Assembly (NCBI GenBank): GCA_038207395.1
Contig: JBBQZW010000001.1
Span: forward strand, 208,862 to 268,293
Direction of reading: 5' to 3'
Origin: Minisyncoccia bacterium
Lineage (GTDB): Bacteria > Patescibacteriota > Minisyncoccia > Phycocordibacterales > Phycocordibacteraceae
Length of the DNA: 59,432 bases
In this document: piece by piece, positions 38,059-46,947 of the stretch
Layout: each line of letters begins with the position of its first letter
Position numbering within the stretch: position 1 is the first letter of the stretch
Notes under the pieces: generated by a model
What the model was told of the DNA's origin: nothing
Databases searched by the model: none
What the model saw: only the letters and a program-made list of their open reading frames with translations
Made by a program: the position numbers and the translations under genes

Positions 38059-38507
38059 GTGAGTGACTAACTGCCCAATTCGTTCAATATACGCAAGTAT
38101 TTTGTATCGAATGGATGTACCTTTTGCAACGTATAGTGCCATAACACCATAATACATATCATGGTTCTCGTACAGCTTCCGACCCTTCGGAAGAAAGATT
38201 GTTTTCCTAAATTGAACTTGTGGAATTGATAGTACATTCGACCAATATTCCAACAACAACTTTTCTCTATCAAGGTGGATATTACTAATAAAGATTCGAG
38301 GGTAGAAAAAGGAATAAGGTACCTCAAAGCATTCAACAAACCAACGAATCATTAGCTGTATAACTACCGGATCTGAGTTAGTCATTATTAGAGACATATT
38401 TCTTGAAGACTTGGATCCTTCACCCCAAGTACTTTCGCAATCTCTTTAATACTTTTGCCTTCTCTGCGCAGTTGAAAGGCCCGTAGCTTTTCTTCAGATT
38501 TCGCCAT
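38014..38507 (-). pseudogene. HTH plus LAGLIDADG-like protein disrupted by an internal deletion/frameshift; 3' end overlaps tRNA(CAT)
   Basis: Frame 1 (38507-38388) MAKSEEKLRAFQLRREGKSIKEIAKVLGV; frame 2 WGEGSK..MTNSDP..IRWF..YWS..GV; frames meet at TACTTGGGGTG (38421-38431). Confidence 0.6.
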
Positions 38508-38600
38508 ACTACAAGCATACCGAGTAGTGCTCTATAGAAAGACAATGTAGCCTGGGACTATCCTCAAATTACTTTATCTTTACTTCATTTCTCATCTGCA

Positions 38601-38825
38601 TTACAGCCGAACAAAGTGAACTAGGAACTCAAGCACAATTAACGGCGTGAAAATAACCATATATAGGAGCGCAATACGCTGAAAGATGTTATTCACCAAA
38701 AGGAACATAATTCTCTCAAAAAATGCCTCGGATTTCTGCCCAAACGGCATAACGATACCTCCCATATGCTTTGCAAGCCACTCCATACCTCCACCGCCCG
38801 AATGCGATTCGTGTTGCTGCGACAT
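38601..38825 (-). CDS. Small hypothetical membrane protein
   Basis: 74 aa, C-terminal TM; follows the coiled-coil gene. Confidence 0.5.
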   Translation of the reverse strand: MSQQHESHSGGGGMEWLAKHMGGIVMPFGQKSEAFFERIMFLLVNNIFQRIALLYMVIFTPLIVLEFLVHFVRL

Positions 38826-38832
38826 GCGGTAC

Positions 38833-39186
38833 CTAAACGTTCACGTGCTCTAACACTCCAATTCTGCGCTCATGGTCAATCACCGTCACCGCATCCCTAT
38901 CAATTGCTTTTCCAAATCCATAGATCGTCTCATGAATATCTTCAACTTTCACCTCAAGACTCCCCACTCGTACCGTTAACTCATGAACCTTTGTATTCAA
39001 TTCAAAGATTCCTATTTTTATGTCCTTAAGTTCAACCTCTACCAGAGCAAACCGCATATCAATCTGCTCGAACTTCTTTTTCATCCATACAAATCCCTGT
39101 TCTATTGCATCAGTAAGTTTATCTACCTTTTCAGCAACGGTATCTATCCGTGTTTCCATTCTCTCAAGTCGCATATCCGTCGTCAT
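38833..39186 (-). CDS. Heptad-repeat coiled-coil protein
   Basis: Continuous heptads; start chosen from an upstream TATACT. Confidence 0.7.
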   Translation of the reverse strand: MTTDMRLERMETRIDTVAEKVDKLTDAIEQGFVWMKKKFEQIDMRFALVEVELKDIKIGIFELNTKVHELTVRVGSLEVKVEDIHETIYGFGKAIDRDAVTVIDHERRIGVLEHVNV

Positions 39187-39294
39187 TATAGCGAGTATAC
39201 CATCGGGCCTATTTCGAAGGCCGGCGTTTCTTATCCACACCCCACCTTTTTACTTCATTTTTTCTTTATCTCACAGAAGTAAGTAGCAAATGAG

Positions 39295-40965
39295 CTATAC
39301 CGGCAACTCAACCACAAACCGTGCACCCTTCCCTGCACCCTCTGATTCAGCCCATACCTTGCCGCCGTGGCCTTCGATAATGTTCTTCACGATGTAGAGA
39401 CCGAAGCCTGTTGAGTCGACGTTCACCTTCATACTTTCCGCGCCGTGACCGCCTTCGGTAAAGAGATGCGCCATATCTTCTTTTGAAATACCTACGCCCG
39501 TGTCCTCCGTCATAAAGCGAATGACCTTTTCATCCTTAGTGAGCGAAACTTTAATACTTCCCTGCGGCGTGTACTTTATCGTATTGTCTATCAAGTTCTT
39601 AAGCGCATTCTCAAGCTGCGTTTGGTCACCCGTAAACATAACCGGACTTTCGGGCGCAGTGAACGTAAGCGCTACTCCCTTTTCATCGGCGCTTGATTTG
39701 TGAGTTGCAACGATAGATGCCACCAGTGCTGAGAGATCAAACGGCAGCATAGTATACGCAACTTTTCCGTTCTTAATGTTAGCCGCATTCAAAATCTCCT
39801 GAATAGTTTGTGCTCCTTTTGTAGAAGACGCGAAACCTTCATCAATCATTGGCTTCATGGTGTCGGGGACTACTCCGTAGTCCCCCTCTGAAATCATCGC
39901 AAAGATATTACGCGACTTAGAAACAAAGCCCTTGAGCTGGTGCGTGATGAAGTGGATAAGCGCGACTTGCTGTTTGTTTGAGAGTTCAAGATCTTTGGCG
40001 AGGAGTTCAATGTGTTCGCGTTGGTCAATTTCCCGGCGAACACTCCTGATAAGCATGATTCCAAGAATTCCCGTCAAAACTAACGTAATTGATACAAGTA
40101 TTTGATTTGTTTTAGTTCGAACGAAAGCAAACTCAAGTCCAAGAATTGCAACCAGTCCTAAAATCAAAGCTTGAGCGGCGAGTAAACCTATATTGAATGT
40201 TTTAAAACGAACAATAATATACGCAAGAAGTGCCACAAAAACAGGCACTCCGAACAGACCGTATTGACCTATTGTCCAGCTGTAATCTCCTAGAACGGTA
40301 GCTGTACTAAACAAACTTCCAATTACGTTACCGAAAGCAAAAGATAGCAAGAAGAATACAGTTCCAAGAGTAACTATTAATACTTGTGTACGCTCTTCCC
40401 ATGTTTTCTTTTTAAGATAAGAAATTGTGCCGAGACCTAGAATTATCAACATGTATATGAGCTCAAGTACGTATGCGTAATAGGCAAGAGGGCCTTCAAC
40501 AGCATCTCTGTCACAATTCGAAAGATCATATCCAAGGAGGGCAAACTTGGTTGGTGTTAAGACTACTGTTATTAGCAGTGGGAAAAATACAGCAACTTTA
40601 TACTTAAATGGAAGGTCTTTCCCTGAAATAAAAACATATACAAAATATAAACTGAATGCGTAGACAAATGGTTCAATTAAATTTGTGAGCGACCAGAAAA
40701 ACATAGTTTCTTTGCTGAATTCAGTAGCCCATACTACCAAATCGGAAAAAAGCCATATCGAAAGTAGAACAGTTACCACAAATAACAACCTTGTTGTTAA
40801 AATCTTTCGATTACGAATAAATACGAGAGTACCCAATCCTAAAGATAGGACGAACGCAGTAAAATGAGAGTAATAGATTAAAGGATCAAAAACGTTACTT
40901 GATAGAATTAGGAATTTTGAACTTCCCCATTCGCACGCTTGAATTGCTGTTGCGATCGAGTCCAT
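39295..40965 (-). CDS. Sensor histidine kinase with N-terminal 7TM (HisKA_7TM-like) domain
   Basis: Multiple TMs; FITHQLKG H-box, NLIDNTIKY, DTGVGI, GFGL. Confidence 0.9.
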   Translation of the reverse strand: MDSIATAIQACEWGSSKFLILSSNVFDPLIYYSHFTAFVLSLGLGTLVFIRNRKILTTRLLFVVTVLLSIWLFSDLVVWATEFSKETMFFWSLTNLIEPFVYAFSLYFVYVFISGKDLPFKYKVAVFFPLLITVVLTPTKFALLGYDLSNCDRDAVEGPLAYYAYVLELIYMLIILGLGTISYLKKKTWEERTQVLIVTLGTVFFLLSFAFGNVIGSLFSTATVLGDYSWTIGQYGLFGVPVFVALLAYIIVRFKTFNIGLLAAQALILGLVAILGLEFAFVRTKTNQILVSITLVLTGILGIMLIRSVRREIDQREHIELLAKDLELSNKQQVALIHFITHQLKGFVSKSRNIFAMISEGDYGVVPDTMKPMIDEGFASSTKGAQTIQEILNAANIKNGKVAYTMLPFDLSALVASIVATHKSSADEKGVALTFTAPESPVMFTGDQTQLENALKNLIDNTIKYTPQGSIKVSLTKDEKVIRFMTEDTGVGISKEDMAHLFTEGGHGAESMKVNVDSTGFGLYIVKNIIEGHGGKVWAESEGAGKGARFVVELPV

Positions 40966-40969
40966 AATC

Positions 40970-41125
40970 TTAAATCTTAAACAAAGTGAGAGGAGAAGGA
41001 ATATCTTCCTCCTTTTGGAAAATTACGTAATTTTCCTTTATCTGGTACTTATAGTAAGAAGAAATAACTGAAATTAACGTTGCAGTAAAAAGAAATAGAA
41101 ACAAAATTTTTGATTTATTATCCAT
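40970..41125 (-). CDS. 51-aa single-TM protein (not in the ORF track)
   Basis: MDNKSKILFLFLFTATLISVISSYYKYQIKENYVIFQKEEDIPSPLTLFKI; start overlaps the SET gene end, stop 4 nt before the kinase ATG. Confidence 0.65.
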   Translation of the reverse strand: MDNKSKILFLFLFTATLISVISSYYKYQIKENYVIFQKEEDIPSPLTLFKI

Positions 41126-41594
41126 TTTTTAGACTCAAGTATCGTCTCTTGAAGTAGGTTGAGACGTACGGTAGATATTTATTAAATTGAGATTCGGGTA
41201 GGAAATCAATTGAACGTATTATTTTTCGACAGTTCTCCTCACCACAAGCACAAGCCATTTCCCAAAGTGAATCACCTTCTATGGTGGAGTAGTCGATAGT
41301 TACCTCTTCACCTTCTTGCAAATCACGTAGTGCAACCAAAGATACACTTCCTTTAATGCCTGCGCTTGGATTACAGGAATGATTGAGAAATTTATACGGT
41401 TTTGCGGGATCAATCCAATGATCCTTTTTTATACCAATCCAGTTTGGGTGCGCTTGAGCATCACGTTTTCCTTTATTTACTTTAAATTTTATTTCTCCTG
41501 TTATACGTGAAATTACGTCACCTCGCTTAGCGTTTTCACCAATATTGATACCAAGACCTTCAATTTCACTTGAACAGACGTATATATGCTTCAT
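41118..41594 (-). CDS. SET-domain protein-lysine methyltransferase with post-SET motif
   Basis: GLG, FLNHSCNP, GEEVTIDY, CACGEENCR. Confidence 0.9.
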   Translation of the reverse strand: MKHIYVCSSEIEGLGINIGENAKRGDVISRITGEIKFKVNKGKRDAQAHPNWIGIKKDHWIDPAKPYKFLNHSCNPSAGIKGSVSLVALRDLQEGEEVTIDYSTIEGDSLWEMACACGEENCRKIIRSIDFLPESQFNKYLPYVSTYFKRRYLSLKNG

Positions 41595-41667
41595 AATAGT
41601 GTGATTTGATTATACTATTCTTTTATCTTTACGTAATTGAATCCCCAGTTTCTTCATAAAAAAGTCC

Positions 41668-42255
41668 CTACGCTTTCACGTAGGGACTTCGCATCTGCAG
41701 CGCCACGAAGGCAACAATTAGATGCGTAATAACGTGACTTACCGGATATACAAGATCTTCCCATCGTTCAAGCCGAAGCAAGACCGAAAAGGTCAATAAT
41801 GTATACGCAGAAGCCCAGATGAGCCATGGTTCGGGTTGTTCCTGATCAGTTTTCTGTATCAGACCATGAATCATTGGTACGAATGAAATAACGGTACTCA
41901 CCTGAAATAACAGGTTAGCGACCACTACGTTCGTAAAGAACCACGTTACCGTGATACCTGCGTCGGCGGACAAGAATAGATAGTCGAGACGTTCAAGCGG
42001 ACTAAACCGCTTTTTTACGACTGCATATCCAAACGTTGCCACGGCAGCGAAGGCACATACTGCGGGAAGAATGTTTACCACCCAGTCATGAGTTAGTGCA
42101 AAGTACGACACAAGGTCGACTACACCACCCAAGCCCCAGATGGCCCATGATCCCGTGTTGATTTTCTGCTTGGAACGAGTGTTATACCACCAGTACCCAA
42201 ACAGCTGCATCACCCCGGCTGAAATGCCAAAGATGACTGAGAGTTCATTAACCAA
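41668..42255 (-). CDS. Polytopic membrane protein with internal duplication
   Basis: About 7 TM; AAGGAGG SD before TTG start; SW.IW / PWLIW repeat. Confidence 0.7.
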   Translation of the reverse strand: MVNELSVIFGISAGVMQLFGYWWYNTRSKQKINTGSWAIWGLGGVVDLVSYFALTHDWVVNILPAVCAFAAVATFGYAVVKKRFSPLERLDYLFLSADAGITVTWFFTNVVVANLLFQVSTVISFVPMIHGLIQKTDQEQPEPWLIWASAYTLLTFSVLLRLERWEDLVYPVSHVITHLIVAFVALQMRSPYVKA

Positions 42256-42437
42256 TACAGCCTCCTTTGGCTAGAATGTAAAGAACTGAGCAGTGAGCCT
42301 ATAAAAGGCTTATTTCCTGCTTGTATTGATTATAGCACGTTAGTTATATTTTGCAAGTTATTAAACTAACCCTTATAAGAAAAAAGCCCGCTGGTTACCC
42401 AGCAGGCTTTTGAAGTTATAGGTCGTAAAACCCTTCC

Positions 42438-43085
42438 TCAGAACGCATACGTCAGCGTTGCAGCTCCGTATGGGGTGCGGCGGCGCGTTATGTCGTCTTG
42501 TGGAAGAACGAACTTCCCCCCGATTGAGACTCGTTTGGAAATCCGGTAGTCTACCGCAACGCCTGGGTTCAGCTTCTTTTGCGCCGTGAAGTACGCAATG
42601 CTTGGGGTAACCGTGAGCCGCTTCGTGATCGGAAGCCGATACGATGAATTAATCAGTACGGTGTTTGTTACACCCCGCAGCACGGACGCTGAAACGTTTG
42701 CACGTCCGTACGTCAGACCTGCTTTCGCATACCAGTCCCCAACGTCAAAGCCTTTGCCTTGATAGTTCGCGTAGCGGCCAGTGGCCAGAGTTACGGTCGC
42801 TTTCTTCGAAAGCGACCACTTCCCTCCCACCTCAAACCCGTACTCTGACGAATCATCAGCGAAAGGTTTCTCAAAACCAGTGTACGCATATGCCGAGACA
42901 TATACGTGCTTGGACAGGTCATACGAAATATCAGTCTGCAATGACGGCTTCTTGCTTAATGCGTCATTGAAGGTGTTGTCCACATACCGTGAGGTAAGTG
43001 ACACATTCACCGTCTGAGGGATAGCAGCCGAGGGCACTAATGCGCCGGCGACCACTGCAGGGAGCAGAAACAAGATCGGGCGCAT
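42438..43085 (-). CDS. Secreted beta-strand protein resembling an outer-membrane beta-barrel
   Basis: Signal peptide; amphipathic aromatic strands; C-terminal TLTYAF. Confidence 0.6.
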   Translation of the reverse strand: MRPILFLLPAVVAGALVPSAAIPQTVNVSLTSRYVDNTFNDALSKKPSLQTDISYDLSKHVYVSAYAYTGFEKPFADDSSEYGFEVGGKWSLSKKATVTLATGRYANYQGKGFDVGDWYAKAGLTYGRANVSASVLRGVTNTVLINSSYRLPITKRLTVTPSIAYFTAQKKLNPGVAVDYRISKRVSIGGKFVLPQDDITRRRTPYGAATLTYAF

Positions 43086-43189
43086 GAGCGCTTCCTTTCA
43101 AAGGTGAGTTGAAATAACAGTAAGATTCTGGCTAAAAGCCGTGTCTTTGCTGTGTGTACTATGGCACAATATTAGGTTTTTTGCAAGTT

Positions 43190-44068
43190 TTATGACTCAC
43201 TTTTTACACCGGTGTAAAACCACTCCTGCCCTGCTTTTGCAGAGTGTTTCGGGAGTAACAAAACCAATTCCTTTTCAGCGACTAACGTATCTCCATTTTC
43301 TCGAATGGCAATATTTGTTCCTGCTTCAACTTCCTCTAAATGCTTCCACTCTTTAGTAAGTACATCGTTTTCGTGCTCTTTGTATATAATGCGTTCCATC
43401 GCAACAGTCTTCTGACGTATTACTGATATTGGCGTAATTAAGGTAGGGTCAATCATTTCAAAATGAGCAAGGGCGCGCACTATCGAACGTTCAGCAATTA
43501 AAACGGCGTTTGATTCTTCGTGCTGACCGCATTCAATAATAATTCCTATCTTGCCATGCTCATACGCATACCGCGTAGTGTCATATGAGTCTAATCCGTT
43601 TGGATTATGAGCATATACACTTGGCCATCCCGTTATGGCGTATTCCATGCCCATTGCTTCCGCAAATGCTGTATTTTCTAACGTTGGAAAATCTATGAAC
43701 ACACACGTTGGACCAGGTGCACTGGTCGTATGTATATCAAGAAATGCATCGGACTCTTTAATGTATCTTCCGAGTTCATTTGCTAACGTTTGCTCATACG
43801 ACTGAGGATCTTCAGTATCTTTAAAGACACGATTAAGATCTTCTTCTATAAAGCGTGTGTTCTCCGAATACGCTTTCGGGTTTGCAACTGGTATAAACGT
43901 TACTTGTCCTTTCGTAAGTTTCAACTCTCCTGAATCAAACTTTTGGCATATGTTTCGAATGGCGGCAGTGCCTGCCGGCTCGTTGCCGTGGATTGCTCCG
44001 AATATTACTAGCGAAGTGCCAGAAGTTTCACTTTTAAAAGTTAGGTTCTCTAGAGAAGTCATTTGCAT
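43190..44068 (-). CDS. Succinylglutamate desuccinylase/aspartoacylase (M14-like)
   Basis: HGNE, ANP, DLNR.F, DIHT, ECGQH. Confidence 0.9.
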   Translation of the reverse strand: MQMTSLENLTFKSETSGTSLVIFGAIHGNEPAGTAAIRNICQKFDSGELKLTKGQVTFIPVANPKAYSENTRFIEEDLNRVFKDTEDPQSYEQTLANELGRYIKESDAFLDIHTTSAPGPTCVFIDFPTLENTAFAEAMGMEYAITGWPSVYAHNPNGLDSYDTTRYAYEHGKIGIIIECGQHEESNAVLIAERSIVRALAHFEMIDPTLITPISVIRQKTVAMERIIYKEHENDVLTKEWKHLEEVEAGTNIAIRENGDTLVAEKELVLLLPKHSAKAGQEWFYTGVKSES

Positions 44069-44096
44069 AAAATTGTTTAGACTTATTACTTACCTA

Positions 44097-44984
44097 CTAG
44101 AGATACTTTGCGATAATCGAATCGAAGCGGAATTCCTGTAGTTTAGGTACATGCGGAATTCCGGCTGCAAGCCACACCGCTCTAGAAAACTCGAAGTCTT
44201 CTTTAAATTCTGACAATGCTGGTAAGCCTGCCTCAACTGAAATTTGATCCAGTCTCTCGAAATACAAATTCTTTTGCCCAGGAGTAAAACGATATCTAGC
44301 AGAATGTTCGTATTGATCCCCATCAGGAAAAGAATCTATATGTGCAATTGCGCTAACCAGATCATATCCGTAAGGACCATGGAATGAATCTTCAAGATCA
44401 ATTACTCCCGTCGAGTACAGATTGTTTGGGTTAAAATCTCCATGAGTAATTATAAAGGGGAGATTTTTAGTATGTTCTTGAATTTGTTGAAACCGTTCTA
44501 AAAGTTTACCAGCATGTTCAGGCATTTCTTCACATAGATGTTGTAGCCAAATTCCACGACTAAATTCAGAATAGTCTTTATGATCACTTTGAGTTGCTAT
44601 CTGTGCCTGGGCAAACTTTTCAGCAATGAGTATAAAATTTTCAAATGTTTCAGCACTAATACTGCCATGTAACTTATATTCTTCTGCAAAGACGTTTCCA
44701 AGATGAGAATTCCCTAGCGACGATTCTATGAAATATAGCTCTTCTCCTAACGCACCTTCTTCAAGCAATTTCGCTACGGGGAAACCCTGAGCTTCCATCT
44801 GTTTATGGAGTTCCAGATTAGGATTAATTTTCTCAGGCTTTCCGATTCGCAAATAGGAATCATTTGATTTATAAATTGCAGACTCAAATCCACGCTGATT
44901 AACCAAAAATTCAAATACACGATCATTAAGAACGATCTTTTCTGGCCGTTTGCCTGCCTTAGTTCTTGGGTTTTCGTATGTCAT
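44097..44984 (-). CDS. APH/choline kinase-like phosphotransferase
   Basis: HGDFNPNN, IDLED, YDL. Confidence 0.8.
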   Translation of the reverse strand: MTYENPRTKAGKRPEKIVLNDRVFEFLVNQRGFESAIYKSNDSYLRIGKPEKINPNLELHKQMEAQGFPVAKLLEEGALGEELYFIESSLGNSHLGNVFAEEYKLHGSISAETFENFILIAEKFAQAQIATQSDHKDYSEFSRGIWLQHLCEEMPEHAGKLLERFQQIQEHTKNLPFIITHGDFNPNNLYSTGVIDLEDSFHGPYGYDLVSAIAHIDSFPDGDQYEHSARYRFTPGQKNLYFERLDQISVEAGLPALSEFKEDFEFSRAVWLAAGIPHVPKLQEFRFDSIIAKYL

Positions 44985-45006
44985 ATGAGAGCTTTACGTA
45001 CCAAGT

Positions 45007-46008
45007 TTAGCTTGGAAAAGCAGGAATAGTAAGAATATTTTCTACCAACTGAGCACTAGAAAAATCCCTCAACAAACGCGTCTCATTCGCAATAAACTTA
45101 TTAGCTCGAGTATCTCCCTGCGTATAGTACTGATTTTCAAGCCAGACACTGTGCGCGAGCTTTCGCAGTCGAAGCGCAAATCCGTTCGTCAATTCTTCCT
45201 TTGAAATTGGATAGGTAAAATTGTATCCTTCCAAAAAACTCCGGCTCTGTTCGACAGCTTTAACTTCTTCATAGAGACCTGAATCTGGTTCGAAGCAAAT
45301 GTACTGAATAGAGCGTGCAACCTCATATGCACGGGGAGCCATTTCTGCTTTTTCCCAATCGCAGATACCAATGATTTCCTTCGACTCATTAAAAAGTAAA
45401 TTGCGGGCGTGGTAGTCACCATGCACGAGCGTATCGTTAGTAAACTCAACTGGTTTTAAGATTGGAATTAATTTCAATTTTTGATCGATATATGTGAGGA
45501 ATACTACATCTGTTTCATCCGCAGTGTTCTTCTCAAGAATCATCTTCTTAAACGTATTCGCGCTAGCGAGTATAGTATCTGGATCATTCTCAGAAAATTC
45601 GTTTGCTTTAAGTGTTTTAGAAATATTTGCACTACCAGCCAGATGTATCTTTCCAAGAAGCGCGCCCATTTCATACATATCAGCTAGAGAATACTGATGC
45701 GTTCTACTACTTTGAAGAAACGGGTATACGGTATATACCTCTGAATCGTATTCAGAATACGTGCTACCGCTAGTATTCGTACGCATGGTAATTGCCGGTA
45801 TTCCCCTATTTACCATTAGACTCTCTACTTCAGCAATGTGGGGTATGGTGCCCTTTTTCTTCTCTCGAACTGATTTTATAAAAAAGTTCCCTTTATCAGT
45901 CTTTACGACATAATTCTTATTCAAAACACCTTCGTGATTCTCTTCAATCTCATGTACCTTTCCGAGATTGAAATCTACACAAAGCCTTTCAAGGTGTTCG
46001 GGGTTCAT
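45007..46008 (-). CDS. APH / homoserine kinase II-like phosphotransferase
   Basis: GVLNKNY, LGKIH, HGDYHARN, DWE. Confidence 0.85.
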   Translation of the reverse strand: MNPEHLERLCVDFNLGKVHEIEENHEGVLNKNYVVKTDKGNFFIKSVREKKKGTIPHIAEVESLMVNRGIPAITMRTNTSGSTYSEYDSEVYTVYPFLQSSRTHQYSLADMYEMGALLGKIHLAGSANISKTLKANEFSENDPDTILASANTFKKMILEKNTADETDVVFLTYIDQKLKLIPILKPVEFTNDTLVHGDYHARNLLFNESKEIIGICDWEKAEMAPRAYEVARSIQYICFEPDSGLYEEVKAVEQSRSFLEGYNFTYPISKEELTNGFALRLRKLAHSVWLENQYYTQGDTRANKFIANETRLLRDFSSAQLVENILTIPAFPS

Positions 46009-46030
46009 ACGGTTTAAGAAAGATACAGAT

Positions 46031-46396
46031 TTACTCCTTAGGTTTAGATGACTTCCCTACAATAAGGTGCAGGTGGAAATGTCCAGGAATAGACTTATTC
46101 TTTGAAGTTGGCTCAATGATGTAGTCGTATACTTCTGCTAAGGTATTCATCTTTAGCGCAAGAAACTCTCCTTTCTCTTCATGAGTGAGATCCATCTCGG
46201 TGACATGCCGTATAGGCATAATCATAGTATGTGTTTCTGCAATGAGATCATACGGAAATCTATTCTCCGTAATTTTCCAATATTTATATTCCTGTATTGC
46301 TGGCTTTTTACATAACGTACACTCCTCGTTCATGGGAGCACTCTGCATATACTCTTGATATCGTTTCTTTCCTTCTGGTGTTCGGAGTGAGGGCAT
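46031..46396 (-). CDS. HIT-family nucleotide hydrolase
   Basis: CTLC, N.FPY, HFHLH triad. Confidence 0.8.
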   Translation of the reverse strand: MPSLRTPEGKKRYQEYMQSAPMNEECTLCKKPAIQEYKYWKITENRFPYDLIAETHTMIMPIRHVTEMDLTHEEKGEFLALKMNTLAEVYDYIIEPTSKNKSIPGHFHLHLIVGKSSKPKE

Positions 46397-46452
46397 TAGA
46401 TATGAGTATATCCCACTATCTATATCGAGTATCGGAGCTCAAAACCTTTTCT

Positions 46453-46935
46453 TTATTCTGATACGAAACCTAACACCATTTCTACTACTTCTTTTATACT
46501 CTTATTATTGGTATCGATAATTCGTCCAAAATCTGGGGACGGAATTCCTATTGAGTAATGATACGTAATGCGTTCTCGCTCCAGGTCGGTTAACGTACGG
46601 GAACCACGATCAGCGAGTGCGGATTCAATCTTGAGACTTAGGGTATATACCTGTATGCAATCTTTATATTCAGGGAGATTTACACAGAAATAATCATAAT
46701 TCTTTCTTGAAAGTGGGTACGGCACGATCACAGACATACCTTCCTTTGCAAAGTTTCTTATAACTGAAACTGCGTTTTCTAGATTTAGTGGTATCGCTTT
46801 TTCTAGAGGCATCCATGGAATGAATTCACGTAGTGCATCGATCTCAACTACGGCAGCATTACCTAGCTTCTCAGCCAATTCTTTGGCCACTGTACTTTTC
46901 CCTGAATTAATTGAACCATTTATGAATATGATCAT
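46453..46935 (-). CDS. Small P-loop kinase (AAA_33/CPT/TmrB-like)
   Basis: IIFINGSINSGKST. Confidence 0.75.
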   Translation of the reverse strand: MIIFINGSINSGKSTVAKELAEKLGNAAVVEIDALREFIPWMPLEKAIPLNLENAVSVIRNFAKEGMSVIVPYPLSRKNYDYFCVNLPEYKDCIQVYTLSLKIESALADRGSRTLTDLERERITYHYSIGIPSPDFGRIIDTNNKSIKEVVEMVLGFVSE

Positions 46936-46947
46936 GTTTATTTAACG

